A stretch of DNA of 64,000 bases from Leptospiraceae bacterium (lineage in GTDB: Bacteria; Spirochaetota; Leptospiria; Leptospirales; Leptonemataceae). The position numbers and the translations under genes were made by a program. The notes below the pieces were generated by a model. That model had not been told where the DNA came from. It searched no databases and saw only the letters and a list, made by a program, of their open reading frames with translations. The stretch covers positions 128,001 to 192,000 of the forward strand of contig JAVJNR010000003.1 of NCBI GenBank assembly GCA_040217195.1, read 5' to 3'. The stretch's first letter is position 1; each line of letters starts with the position of its first letter. This document shows, in pieces, positions 28,382 to 38,738 of this stretch.

Positions 28382-29161
28382 TCAGGCCGAATAAGAAAGT
28401 ACCAGGTTATAGGTGATCAGATGCCATCCATCCACCAGAATGAACAATATGATCTTGAAAGGTAAGGAGATCATAGCCGGTGGTAGCATGATCATACCCA
28501 TGGACATTAGTGTTGATGCTACTACCAGATCGATTACGATAAATGGCACAAAGATCACGATTCCAATAATGAATGCTTTTTTGATCTCGGATAACATGAA
28601 TGCAGGAATCAGGATGTAGGTATCAATATCATCTACGCTCTTAATCGCATTTCTGTCCTTTCCTGACATCTCAACGAATAGAGCAATTTCGCTGGCACCA
28701 TCCTTACCTATTTGCTGAATCATGAATTTGCGAAACGGTTTAACGCCTTCCTGTACAAAGTCAGTAGTGCTCATGTTTTCACCGCTTAGATAGGGATTCA
28801 AAGCTACCTTGTTAAACTCCTGAATGGTAGGAGCCATGATGAAAATAGTTAGAAAGATGGCCAGGCCAAACAGGACCTGGTTTGGAGGCATGTTCTGAAG
28901 CGATAGGGCTCTTCGCACAAAGTCGAATACAATAACTACCTTGGTGAAACTGGTCATCATCATTATGATGGCCGGCGCCAGACTCAGAAAGGTGACCAGC
29001 ATGATCAACATCAGAGATGTGGATGCTTCCTGTCCGTTTCGGGCGGAGCGAATTCCGTCGATAACCGGTAATGAGATATCGGGAATGGCCTGGGCAAACA
29101 ATGACCCGGGTAGAAGCAGAAAGACTGCCAGTATTATGTATTTATAACTGCGGCGCCGCAT
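28382..29161 (-). CDS. fliP: Flagellar export protein FliP
   Basis: TSFTK...V....[53 protein letters not shown]. Confidence 0.97.
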   Translation of the reverse strand: MRRRSYKYIILAVFLLLPGSLFAQAIPDISLPVIDGIRSARNGQEASTSLMLIMLVTFLSLAPAIIMMMTSFTKVVIVFDFVRRALSLQNMPPNQVLFGLAIFLTIFIMAPTIQEFNKVALNPYLSGENMSTTDFVQEGVKPFRKFMIQQIGKDGASEIALFVEMSGKDRNAIKSVDDIDTYILIPAFMLSEIKKAFIIGIVIFVPFIVIDLVVASTLMSMGMIMLPPAMISLPFKIILFILVDGWHLITYNLVLSYSA

Positions 29162-29368
29162 ACGTTACCCCTGTGGCAGGGGTGTAGCACGGGCCATCCC
29201 ACGTACAAGCAAAAAAAATTATGTCGCTTATTTATTAGGTGCCGATACTGGCCTCCGGATTCGCAGTGCATTCAGCCCGGTTTTTTAGCCAGGTTTCCGT
29301 AACCAGAGCTGCCGATGCTGATATTTTCAGATCCGCGCCGCAATACCAGAAAGGGCCTACCGGAACCA

Positions 29369-30301
29369 TCAGGTTCCGTCTTCAACAGGCCTGGGTTTGC
29401 TCACTGCCCTCAGACGTCGATTTTGCTGATGAAGAAGTTCTTCCAGATCTTCCATGGGCACATCGTCATCCGGGGCCCGGCCTTTCAAAATGGCCTGAAA
29501 ATCAGAACGACCGGTCCGATTCCCCTGTCCTTCCGATCTGGACTTCCACAACCTGAAATCTGTGCTTTTAAGCAGCCCCTGCAATCCATGAAGGAAGTTC
29601 TCTGCAGGTTCTGGCTTATTCTCTTCCCAGAGTCGAATTCGATCCGCCACTGTGGCATCGTCTATGCTCTGTAGCAATCGCACTCCATTATCGCTCACTC
29701 CAAGCACCATGAGCTGACCGGCCATATCCACAACCTGCATATACTTACCCGGCATGAGACTGATGGAGGCCACTACCCTCAACGGACCGCCCGAGCTACT
29801 GGAAACAATGCCAGATTTCTTTTTCATAAAGCGGACCAGGCCATAGAAGCCGCCGGCCATAAGCCCCATAAACAGTACAAACCGGATAAACAAAGAAAAG
29901 AAAGATGGCCCTTCCTCCTGGGAAAACATTCGAGACGCAGTGGGGCTTTCACCCGGTTCAGAATTGGCTGATGGCTGATTCTGCTCAGCCGCTGGCTCGG
30001 ACTCTGATCCTGGATTGGAAAAACTACGCCCCTCGGGACGCTTCTGTCCACGAATGCTATCCATCCAGGCCCGATCAATGTCCTCCATGCCAGCCGGCTT
30101 TCCGGAGTTTTCTTCCGAAGCAGAATCTTCAGATTTCCCGGGTTGCTGGGATTCAGGGCTCTTCTGCTCCTTTTTATCACCGGAATTGGGCTTTTCCTTC
30201 TCCGCGTACGCTGGACCGGCAGCGAGGATTAGAATGAATAATGTAGCAATAGCTGGCAAGGCGGCCGGAGATGGGCCCCACCGTTTTGGATTATGTCGCA
30301 T
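29369..30301 (-). CDS. fliO: Flagellar protein FliO/FliZ with long low-complexity N-terminal region
   Basis: Signal peptide, polar linker, TM helix, then LRVVASISLMPGKYMQVVD..G...VLGVSD.GV.LL; directly upstream of fliP. Confidence 0.85.
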   Translation of the reverse strand: MRHNPKRWGPSPAALPAIATLFILILAAGPAYAEKEKPNSGDKKEQKSPESQQPGKSEDSASEENSGKPAGMEDIDRAWMDSIRGQKRPEGRSFSNPGSESEPAAEQNQPSANSEPGESPTASRMFSQEEGPSFFSLFIRFVLFMGLMAGGFYGLVRFMKKKSGIVSSSSGGPLRVVASISLMPGKYMQVVDMAGQLMVLGVSDNGVRLLQSIDDATVADRIRLWEENKPEPAENFLHGLQGLLKSTDFRLWKSRSEGQGNRTGRSDFQAILKGRAPDDDVPMEDLEELLHQQNRRLRAVSKPRPVEDGT

Positions 30302-30412
30302 TATAGTGGAAACATGTCGGTCATTTTGATCGTGGCAATCCTTTTTTCATTGCAGGGATTGGGCCCCACATACATGACATGCCTTCGAAATGAGTTACGG
30401 CAGGAGGAAACA

Positions 30413-30796
30413 ATGCCAATCAAAGCGCTTCGAATCATCACCGGTTTATTTTTTCTGGTTCTGGGAGTACTGGGAGTTCTACCTTCCATAGAAGAAGGAA
30501 TCTTCAGTCTGAATAACAACAATATCCTTCTTGAGCAACTTTTCGGAGTAATCGAGATTATTTGCGGTATCATCCTGCTGGCTGCACTGTTTACCCATGC
30601 AAGTCGCAAGACCCTTTACCGGGCCGCAATTGTGGTATTTATATTCTGGGTAATTCGAATTGTGCTGGCGAATTTCATTTTCAGCGCTCCCACCGTGGCC
30701 CTGGCTAGCGGCGCTTTCTGGGTCTGGTTGCTGCAACTACTGGCTCAGATTCAAATTGCAGTTAGTGTCTGGGTTCTGAGCAAAGCCTACGATTAA
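30413..30796 (+). CDS. Small multi-TM hypothetical membrane protein
   Basis: CAGGAGG RBS before ATG at 30413; four hydrophobic segments. Confidence 0.75.
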   Translation: MPIKALRIITGLFFLVLGVLGVLPSIEEGIFSLNNNNILLEQLFGVIEIICGIILLAALFTHASRKTLYRAAIVVFIFWVIRIVLANFIFSAPTVALASGAFWVWLLQLLAQIQIAVSVWVLSKAYD

Positions 30797-30858
30797 CTGA
30801 AATGAAACTGAATCTGCAATACGTGTCCTGGTGGGTTGCTGCCAGGACATTTCAGACG

Positions 30859-31662
30859 CTACAAAAACCAGAATCGCTGGCCAGACTGGAATCGAGCCAC
30901 ACCATCTTTCATACTTTCGCTTTCAATTACCGGATAAGTGTTGGCTGCCTCTCGTTGTAGAGCCTGCTCCAGAGGAAGATGTAACCCTTCAATGGCCGAG
31001 GCAAGATCCGCCCTGAGTGCATCCACAGGCTGCTGAAGAATCTGCTCCGCCATCCTAAAGGCTCTTTTCAGTCCCTTGCCTTTCTCTGTAACCTCCCACA
31101 CCAGGCCGATTTCCCGTGCTCTGGAGGCTCGAATCCTTTGACCGGTAATAATCAGAGGCAAAGCGTTTCCAGTTCCCAATAACCGTGGCAGATATACGCT
31201 ACCTCCATCGATTAATGGAACGCCCCAGCGGCGGCAGGCAACAGAGAAAAGAGCCTGCTTCTCTGCTATGCGAATGTGCCCGTGGGCAAATAGTTCCAGA
31301 CCTCCGGCATAGGTATAACCCTGACTCACAGTGATCACAGGTTTCTTTTGAACTATCCTGGAACCACCCAGGGGACCCGGATCCTTGACCGGATACTCCG
31401 CCCGCTCTTTCTCCCCTGCATTTAGATCTACCAGAGATTCCAGGGCCGTCAGATCGGCCCCGGCGCAAAAGGATTTATCTCCTGCACCATGTAAGATACA
31501 GACTCCCAGAGAATCGTTGTCTCTAAACTCCTGCCATGCTTCCAGGAACAATGCTGCCATGGGACCATTCACAGCGTTATGCATTTCAGGACGATTCATC
31601 ATGATCTCGAAGATCTTTCCATGACCTCCAACTTCATGAGTTTTTGTAATAAGCTCTGACAT
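30859..31662 (-). CDS. Enoyl-CoA hydratase/isomerase (crotonase) family
   Basis: NRPE.HNAVN, FCAGADL, KPVI....GY..AGGLEL, CRRWGVPLIDGG...LPRL.G. Confidence 0.93.
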   Translation of the reverse strand: MSELITKTHEVGGHGKIFEIMMNRPEMHNAVNGPMAALFLEAWQEFRDNDSLGVCILHGAGDKSFCAGADLTALESLVDLNAGEKERAEYPVKDPGPLGGSRIVQKKPVITVSQGYTYAGGLELFAHGHIRIAEKQALFSVACRRWGVPLIDGGSVYLPRLLGTGNALPLIITGQRIRASRAREIGLVWEVTEKGKGLKRAFRMAEQILQQPVDALRADLASAIEGLHLPLEQALQREAANTYPVIESESMKDGVARFQSGQRFWFL

Positions 31663-32447
31663 CAAAATCTCCAGCTGTAGCCCAGACCGGCGCTTCCATA
31701 CTCCGCTGTGGAAAGACCAGCAGAATGACCCGGTGGGATAGCAATGGAAGGCCCGAGCCAGATCGGATGCAGGAATTCTTGCTGTTTTATCTTTGACTCC
31801 TTCCTTCGAAGGTGTTGTGGAATCATAAAGGACAGTTCATTTTCCTTTTTCCAATCCATCCAGTTTTCGTAGTCATACCAGGATATTAATCCGGAAAACA
31901 GAATGGATAATCCTGCCAGGGCTGCTGTTTGAGGACCGGTAAATCTATTCGATTCACCCGAAGACTGCTTGGCCAGACTCATGGCTCCGTAAGAAAAGCC
32001 TGCCGTGATTGGTAGCGAAAGAAAGAATGTAATTTGCACTCTGCGCCATCCATCTTCTTTGAAGGTCTCTGAATAGGAATAGCGATAATCATAAGAATCC
32101 AGGCCGTATTGCTGCAGGTATCTATCTTCCAGGTACTTTCTATCACCATCCATTTCCAGACGATTCATGGTGCGAATCTCTTCTCTTCGCCTTTCTTCCA
32201 CGTCAGGATAGCTTTCAGACCTTTCCTGAACGGCTTCCGGGTTTAGTAACAGTTCAGTGGCACCATCCGTTTCAAGATCGCGCAGATACGGAGGAACTAG
32301 AGGTGCCGTGTATCGTGGATCTCTGGGCGTGGGCTTTTTTTCTTCCAGGGAATCCGGACTGCCCACGGTCTGCGCCATAGTTGGCGTGGAAATCAAGCAT
32401 ACGGCCACCAGGGCCGTTGCCAGAGCTCTGGTCTGGCAACAATGCAT
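31662..32447 (-). CDS. Exported/membrane hypothetical protein
   Basis: Signal peptide, charged region, RRVQITFFLSLP plus two TM segments; coupled to neighbours by abutting/overlapping stop-start codons. Confidence 0.65.
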   Translation of the reverse strand: MHCCQTRALATALVAVCLISTPTMAQTVGSPDSLEEKKPTPRDPRYTAPLVPPYLRDLETDGATELLLNPEAVQERSESYPDVEERRREEIRTMNRLEMDGDRKYLEDRYLQQYGLDSYDYRYSYSETFKEDGWRRVQITFFLSLPITAGFSYGAMSLAKQSSGESNRFTGPQTAALAGLSILFSGLISWYDYENWMDWKKENELSFMIPQHLRRKESKIKQQEFLHPIWLGPSIAIPPGHSAGLSTAEYGSAGLGYSWRF

Positions 32448-33314
32448 CTACTTCAATCCCGGAAATAAATATTGGAGACGTTTCATGGATTCCTGACCAC
32501 GCTTAACTGGCGCGGTGATGATTCCATGCTGCATTGTACCTTTCACTGGATTTTCTAACTTTGCCAGATCTGGAATGCAGGCCCGGGCCAGCTTCTTGGC
32601 TCTATCTGCATTTGATTTGAGATAGCCCAGTATCTCCTCTACAGTGACGCTTTCCTCCTCCTCTCTCCAGGAATCATAGTCCGTGGACATACAGACCATC
32701 TGATAATTGATCTCTGCTTCGCGAGCCAGCTTCGATTCTGGAAGAACGCTCATATTGATAATATCTGCGCCCCAGGATCTATACATGACGGATTCAGCCC
32801 GGGTGGAAAATGCAGGCCCCTCCATACATACCAGAGTCTTATTCTTATGCAGCGGAACATCCAACGATGCAGAGGCATGTTTTTCAACAATCGATGATAT
32901 GCTTTCGCTGAATGGATCACCGAACATTGCATGAGCCACCGCGCCATTTTCAAAGAAAGTGGATGGGCGAATCCCTTTCGTTCGATCGATAATCTGAGAA
33001 GGAAGAACAAAGTGCTCCGGAGCAATCTCTTCGCGCAAAGATCCCACGGCAGAGAAGCTTAATATATGTTCCACTCCCATGGATTTCAATGCAGCAATGT
33101 TTGCCCTTACCGGTATTTCTGATGGATTGAGGAAATGACCTTTTCCATGTCTGGCCAAAAAGGCTACCAGGATTCCATCCAGGTTTCCAATAATAATACT
33201 ATCCGAAGGTTTTCCCCAGGGTGTTTCGGGGTGAACTTCCCTTTCCACCTTCATGTCTTCCATTTCATAAAGACCGGATCCACCGATCACCGCTAGCTTA
33301 ACTTCTTCTGCCAT
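32448..33314 (-). CDS. mtnP: S-methyl-5'-thioadenosine phosphorylase
   Basis: IGGSGLY, TPWGKPSD, FLARHG.GH, SAVGSL, MEGPAFSTRAES, INMS..PE.KLAREAE, TDYD.W. Confidence 0.93.
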   Translation of the reverse strand: MAEEVKLAVIGGSGLYEMEDMKVEREVHPETPWGKPSDSIIIGNLDGILVAFLARHGKGHFLNPSEIPVRANIAALKSMGVEHILSFSAVGSLREEIAPEHFVLPSQIIDRTKGIRPSTFFENGAVAHAMFGDPFSESISSIVEKHASASLDVPLHKNKTLVCMEGPAFSTRAESVMYRSWGADIINMSVLPESKLAREAEINYQMVCMSTDYDSWREEEESVTVEEILGYLKSNADRAKKLARACIPDLAKLENPVKGTMQHGIITAPVKRGQESMKRLQYLFPGLK

Positions 33315-33393
33315 GATGTTCCAGAGGACGGGCACCCTGGACTGTGTCATTTATTTTTCTTTACCTGTTCTGCCACGGGCAATCTACTGTAGA

Positions 33394-35058
33394 ATGGCTG
33401 CAGAGGCTGAAAATCACCGCCAGTTGATTAATTCTCTGGAAGAAGCATCTGTTCTGCTAGATCGAAGCGGAGTGGTTCTGCACAGTAATGCGCAATTCAA
33501 GGCATTGCTAGGCGAAGATAAGCCAGAACAGAAGGCAATGCTGGACTTAATCCCGGACCTGCCCCGCCAATGGCTGGAAACCTCGCTGGAAGCCGATGAA
33601 GTATCCGCCTTTATATTTGATTCCTCGGTAACGAACTCTGCACTGCTGGTAAGTATCCTTCCTTCGGAAGAATATATGATCATGATGCTATGGGAAAAGG
33701 AGCAGGAACTGCCCACCATGGTACAGCTACAAAACCTGGTACCTTTTGGCATTCTTTTGCTGGATTCCCGGGGAGAAATACTTAAGAGCAACCCATCCGG
33801 CGGCAGATTGCTGGGCCTACTTTCGACAAAAAACGTTAATCTAAACAGTATCTGGGTAATGTCCAGGGACCGAGCCAATCGTCGCAGGCCAGAAGAGAGA
33901 GCTCCCTGGAATCGTGCCCTGGAACAGGAACGCAGTGTACATATGGGCCCCGTAAGCCTGGGACAATGTGTACTGGACATACACTGTATTCCCATTCAGA
34001 GCAAATCGAGACAGGTTCTGGTAGTACTTCAGGATATGTACAGGGAACATAGGAACCAGAACCGACTCAGAAACGCTCTGGAAATCAATCGTAGCATCAA
34101 TGCATTGCTCATGGATTTGCTGCGTGTTCCTGGCCCGGAAGAAACCATCCATCGAGCATTGAGGGGAGCACTGGAATTAATTGATGCCGATGAATGCTTC
34201 CTGATTACAGAAGAGGAAGTGGGCTCTCGCATTGCCTTTGTAGAAGGAAGTAGAAAAGACTTGATGGGACGGGAAAACCCGGTGGATCCCTGGCAAGTAG
34301 ATCCGGCTCTGAGAAAAGAAGGGGCGCTGCTCATCCGTAGGATGGAAACCGTACAGAGCCTGGTGCCAGATCTTGCACACCATGAATATCAGGGTTGCCT
34401 GGCCGCCTCCGTACTCTACGAAAAGGACCGCCGGGGACTGGTATTAATTCTACGCAAACATCATCGATTCAAATCCAGGGAAAGAAGGATTCTACAATTA
34501 TTGGTACCGGCGCTGTCCGCGGCCATCTTCAAGTTTCGCTACGAAGCAAGACTGAATCTATTGGCTACCACGGATCCATTAACCGGCCTGTACAATCGGC
34601 GTCGCTTCTTCGCTGTTCTGGAAAGTGCAGTAAGGGATGAAGAGTCACCGGCTCTACTGCAGATGGATCTGGATTTATTCAAGCAGATTAATGATAGCCT
34701 GGGTCATCAGGCTGGAGATCGGGTTCTGGAAGTTCTGGCAGCGGAACTAAAACGGCGGCAAACAAAGGGAATTACTGCAGCCAGGACCGGAGGCGAAGAA
34801 TTCATGATTCTGTTACGCAAGGGGCAGGCAGAGAATTACCGATCCGTGGCAGAAAATTTGCGTCAGGCTGTGGAATCACTGATCATTGACTGGGAACCGG
34901 AACCAATTCGCGTTACACTTTCTATCGGAGGCACACGGTATAATCCAGGTGAGAAACTGGCCGATTTCTACGCCAGAGCAGATAAGCTACTGTATCAGGC
35001 CAAAGAATCGGGACGAAATCGCTGCTGCTTTGAGCCACTCAGTGTTAGCCGATCCTGA
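33394..35058 (+). CDS. Sensor (PAS/PAS/GAF-like) diguanylate cyclase
   Basis: TDPLTGLYNRR, DLDLFKQIND.LGH.AGD, RTGGEEF, AD.LLY.AK.SGRN; no RxxD I-site (TKGI at that position). Start at 33394 chosen to avoid overlap with mtnP. Confidence 0.92.
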   Translation: MAAEAENHRQLINSLEEASVLLDRSGVVLHSNAQFKALLGEDKPEQKAMLDLIPDLPRQWLETSLEADEVSAFIFDSSVTNSALLVSILPSEEYMIMMLWEKEQELPTMVQLQNLVPFGILLLDSRGEILKSNPSGGRLLGLLSTKNVNLNSIWVMSRDRANRRRPEERAPWNRALEQERSVHMGPVSLGQCVLDIHCIPIQSKSRQVLVVLQDMYREHRNQNRLRNALEINRSINALLMDLLRVPGPEETIHRALRGALELIDADECFLITEEEVGSRIAFVEGSRKDLMGRENPVDPWQVDPALRKEGALLIRRMETVQSLVPDLAHHEYQGCLAASVLYEKDRRGLVLILRKHHRFKSRERRILQLLVPALSAAIFKFRYEARLNLLATTDPLTGLYNRRRFFAVLESAVRDEESPALLQMDLDLFKQINDSLGHQAGDRVLEVLAAELKRRQTKGITAARTGGEEFMILLRKGQAENYRSVAENLRQAVESLIIDWEPEPIRVTLSIGGTRYNPGEKLADFYARADKLLYQAKESGRNRCCFEPLSVSRS

Positions 35059-35148
35059 CAGACCAGGTCCCGTCTCCAGGTCCCGCCGATTATTGCAATG
35101 AAAGTAAGATATGCTATTTGCAATGGATATTAAACTTGGAAAGCTGTA

Positions 35149-36033
35149 TTAGTCGTCCTTTACTGTCTCGCCCGGCGGCATCTCTTCTGCAGAAAGTAAC
35201 TTAAATTGAATTCTCTTTAGCTGGCGAACTACCCGAGTAAAATAGTCTTTGGACCAGATAATCTCTTCCAGTTCTGGATCAAGAATGGAAATCATTTCCC
35301 CTGGAACCCATCGCACGGACTCACCGTTTCCGTCACGCACCCGACCCTCGGAAAGGGCTCTGGATATTTCCCGGGCCCCATGTTTTCTCAAATCCCGAAT
35401 CAGACCGCGAAAGAAAGCTTCTGTGGCAGGATCATAAAAACGAAACTCTCGATGAAACAGTAATGCATCGTGAAAATATTCTGGAATGTTGAAAGCTCCT
35501 CTAGCGCCCACACCCAGAGCAAGATTTGTAATAAAATCGCTTATCTGCGAAAAGATTCCCAGACCAGGAGCATTCTGGCCTGGAAAAAGTCGATCCGGCC
35601 GAATATTCTTACTTCTGGGATGCTGAGTCAATAACCAGTCAATGTACAGCAGCTTTTTTTGAGGAGCCCCTGGATGAAGACGAAAGCGAAAATAAGAAAC
35701 CTTCAGACGAATATGGATAAGCACCATGTCCGATTCAGGATCTTTAATAAAAATTCGCTGATCCAGATCGGATAAATAATGCAGTTCAAGAAGCGGCTCT
35801 GCATAACCTTTTTCCTTTAGCTCGGCGAATATACCGGACCAGTCCATCAATTCTCGAATTTCAGTTTCTGAGAACTTTCCAAAGATTCGCACTTCGCCGT
35901 CCGGATTCTTAATTAGCGGACCGCCATGCAAATCTTCTTCAATATCCAGTGGCTCCAGATTAGGAAGCTGAATTTCCTTATCGGAACCGCCTTCCCGGCG
36001 GCTGGCTTTATCTGAGTCGCCAAACAATCCCAT
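35149..36033 (-). CDS. Uncharacterised protein coupled to deacetylase (possible GNAT-like fold)
   Basis: ATG overlaps HDAC stop (TAATG); motifs LYIDWLLTQHP, LFPGQNAPGLG, NIPEYFH, FRFYDP. Confidence 0.7.
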   Translation of the reverse strand: MGLFGDSDKASRREGGSDKEIQLPNLEPLDIEEDLHGGPLIKNPDGEVRIFGKFSETEIRELMDWSGIFAELKEKGYAEPLLELHYLSDLDQRIFIKDPESDMVLIHIRLKVSYFRFRLHPGAPQKKLLYIDWLLTQHPRSKNIRPDRLFPGQNAPGLGIFSQISDFITNLALGVGARGAFNIPEYFHDALLFHREFRFYDPATEAFFRGLIRDLRKHGAREISRALSEGRVRDGNGESVRWVPGEMISILDPELEEIIWSKDYFTRVVRQLKRIQFKLLSAEEMPPGETVKDD

Positions 36034-36926
36034 TAACGCAGACCTGCCAGAACTTCGCATGTTTGTACGTGTAAATCTACAGTGTCCTGGGTATTGATTG
36101 CATAGCCTCCGGCAAGTACTGCGAACATGGGAATCTCTTGAAAGGCATCTCGCACCAATGTATCGCGGGCAGCCAGACCTTCTTTGCTGATAGAAAGTCC
36201 ACCCAGACGATCATTCTCATAGGGATCTACGCCTGCAACGTAGGCAACCAGGTCTGGCTTGAATCTAGATTTAATCTGCTTCAGGCTGTCTGACAAAACT
36301 TCCAGATATTTTTCATCCGAAGTACCGCTTTCCAGTCCAATGTTCAAGGATCCCTTTTCCTTGGGCGGATAGTTTTTCTCTTCATGGATGGAAAAAGTAA
36401 ACACGGTTCTTGAGTTGCGAAATATACGGGCCGTACCATTCCCCTGATGTACATCCAGATCTATGACCAGAGCTTTACGAATCCTTTTCTGTTTCTGCAA
36501 AACTCTTACAGCAATGGCAACATCGTTCAGATAGCAGAATCCCTCTGCATGGTCCGCAAATGCATGGTGAAACCCACCGGCAAGATTCATGGTAAGTCTG
36601 TGCTGAAGAGCCAGTTCTGCAGCAAGTAATGTGCCCCCGGACCCCAGGAAAAATGCATCTACGATGGTACGGTTTAACGGCAGCTCGCTTCGGTACACCC
36701 GCTTGGAGAAATTAAGTTGCTTTAGATCTTCCAGGTAGGGCTTTTTGTGCACCGTGCCAGCTTCCTCATAGCTCAGCATCATGGGCTCCAGGAATTTATG
36801 CTCCTGGAATCGTTCATTCTGGCGCAAAGCCTCGCGGATAAAGCGGTATTTCACAGATGGGAACACATGTTCCCCTAAATCCATGTTATAATTTTCTGAG
36901 TAGATGAAGATGGGCAATGTAGACAT
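36033..36926 (-). CDS. Zn-dependent histone-deacetylase-family protein (HDAC11/class IV-like)
   Basis: HVFP..KY, NLAGGFHHA, GFCYLNDVA, IDLDVHQGNGT, YVAGVDP...DRLG, GGY; start MSTLPIF at 36926. Confidence 0.93.
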   Translation of the reverse strand: MSTLPIFIYSENYNMDLGEHVFPSVKYRFIREALRQNERFQEHKFLEPMMLSYEEAGTVHKKPYLEDLKQLNFSKRVYRSELPLNRTIVDAFFLGSGGTLLAAELALQHRLTMNLAGGFHHAFADHAEGFCYLNDVAIAVRVLQKQKRIRKALVIDLDVHQGNGTARIFRNSRTVFTFSIHEEKNYPPKEKGSLNIGLESGTSDEKYLEVLSDSLKQIKSRFKPDLVAYVAGVDPYENDRLGGLSISKEGLAARDTLVRDAFQEIPMFAVLAGGYAINTQDTVDLHVQTCEVLAGLR

Positions 36927-37007
36927 GATTCTTACTTTTTTGAATGACAGAGTACAGGCTGTCGGAAGCATTAAGGATTCACCGCTCAATAGTTCAAGTA
37001 TTTCACG

Positions 37008-38588
37008 ATGGCAGAACAATACAAACAACCCTCCGTTCCCGGCATAGACCGGAAGAGAATTGCCCTGGTAAATGGATATATCGGCTCGGGTAGAAGAATT
37101 CGAGCCGAAGGCCAGGTCGTGGATGTTTCAATCCTGACAGACCACAATGAAGAGGCCTGGGATCCATTTATAGGGCTCCCTGTATCGCAACTTAGAAGGA
37201 TTCGGGCTGTTCAGGATATGGGCATGAGTGCAGTAAGGAAGCCCAGAATCTCCGTTCAAATGGTCCCCTGGCCCGAGCAGTGGGATTCCAATCCTCCGGA
37301 TAGGCTGGAACCCCTGGCAGAGCCAGAAGCTGTACTGGAAAGCGAAGAATTTCACGGAGAAGATGATGGCTTTTTCTCTGTGGAAATGAACGGTGATCTG
37401 CCGGCCGGAAAGTATATGATCCGGGTAATACTCAGGGGTAGCGACTCCATTCGTCAAAGCTTCACAGACATTGCCCGAATCGGGGCAGGAATTCAGCAGA
37501 CAAACCAGAATGATTCTGCCATTGGATTCGGACGGGCCATTATCCTGGCAGAGGATTTTGAAGGTACACTGATAACATCGGACATTGATCAGACATTCCT
37601 GGATACCAAAATCGAATCCAGACAGGGATTGCTGGATACTCTAATGGAGCTTCCAGATATGAAGAAACCGCTGGCGGGCATGGAAGAGTTCTATCGAGTG
37701 CTTGCAGGTCACGGATATTCGCTGAGCTTCATTTCCGCATCTCCGCACTTTTTCCGGCGCACTCTAATGTCGGTTTTTTCCAGGCATGAAATACCTGTGG
37801 ATTCCCTTCAATTGAAGTATCTCATGGGAACCCTTAATCAAATGGTTCGCAAAACAGTGCAAACCGTTCTAAATATGGATGACTATCTGTCCAAAGGCTT
37901 CACGGAAGCCCTGGACCGCTCCATGAAGTACATGGGCTCCAGTCTTCAGTCCTTGTTCGATCAGGTCGGTTACAAGCTGGAAACCCTGCTTCGCATGCGG
38001 GTCTACAGACCCACAAATGCAAAAGAAGTTCTCCTGGGAGATGACACAGAAAGTGACTATTTCATTTTTACTTTCTATCAATGTATTCTTTCCGGATGGA
38101 TCCATGGAGAAAGATTACAGCAATTCCTTTACAGATTGCAGTTCAAAGATAGAGAAGCACTGACCAGAGATGCGGCCAGATCCATTGTTGCCCTGGCGGA
38201 GCGAAACCTTCAAGTCCATGGCGCTGTGAACCCTGTTACTGCAGTATGGATCAACCGGGCTGCTTCCAATGATACTTCCAATATGCGAAAGGAAATCGAG
38301 GAAAGCCTGCCCTCTGAATGGGATCAGAAACCGGACTTTTCAACCATTCAATTCCCGGTGGCCTGCGAGGGTGCAGCTGGATTTGCCATGCATGCCCTGG
38401 AAACAGGATTCCTGAACTCGGAGGAAGCCGTTCGATTCCTGCATGCACTGGAAGGAAAGATACTAAAGGAAAAGGTTCTGGATGCGCAGCGTATTGATGA
38501 AATCATCACCGAGTGCAAAGTTTCCGAGGACCAGAAGAGCAGACTTCATGCAGCCCTGAGAGAACATCGAAGTACTCATCAAAAATAA
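37008..38588 (+). CDS. App1/DUF2183-like HAD phosphatase-domain protein
   Basis: ITSDIDQT (DxDxT), FISASP, LLGDDTESD motifs. Confidence 0.8.
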   Translation: MAEQYKQPSVPGIDRKRIALVNGYIGSGRRIRAEGQVVDVSILTDHNEEAWDPFIGLPVSQLRRIRAVQDMGMSAVRKPRISVQMVPWPEQWDSNPPDRLEPLAEPEAVLESEEFHGEDDGFFSVEMNGDLPAGKYMIRVILRGSDSIRQSFTDIARIGAGIQQTNQNDSAIGFGRAIILAEDFEGTLITSDIDQTFLDTKIESRQGLLDTLMELPDMKKPLAGMEEFYRVLAGHGYSLSFISASPHFFRRTLMSVFSRHEIPVDSLQLKYLMGTLNQMVRKTVQTVLNMDDYLSKGFTEALDRSMKYMGSSLQSLFDQVGYKLETLLRMRVYRPTNAKEVLLGDDTESDYFIFTFYQCILSGWIHGERLQQFLYRLQFKDREALTRDAARSIVALAERNLQVHGAVNPVTAVWINRAASNDTSNMRKEIEESLPSEWDQKPDFSTIQFPVACEGAAGFAMHALETGFLNSEEAVRFLHALEGKILKEKVLDAQRIDEIITECKVSEDQKSRLHAALREHRSTHQK

Positions 38589-38738
38589 CCTGGGTCCAAA
38601 GACCAGGCAGGGCTTCCAGTAATCCAGACCCGGCTTATCCAGGCCCGAATTAAATAGAGTTTAATTCCAACCAATGGTGGTAGTAACCGCAGACTCGACC
38701 TATTGCGATTTACTGCAACGCTAGATCTATCTTATCTG

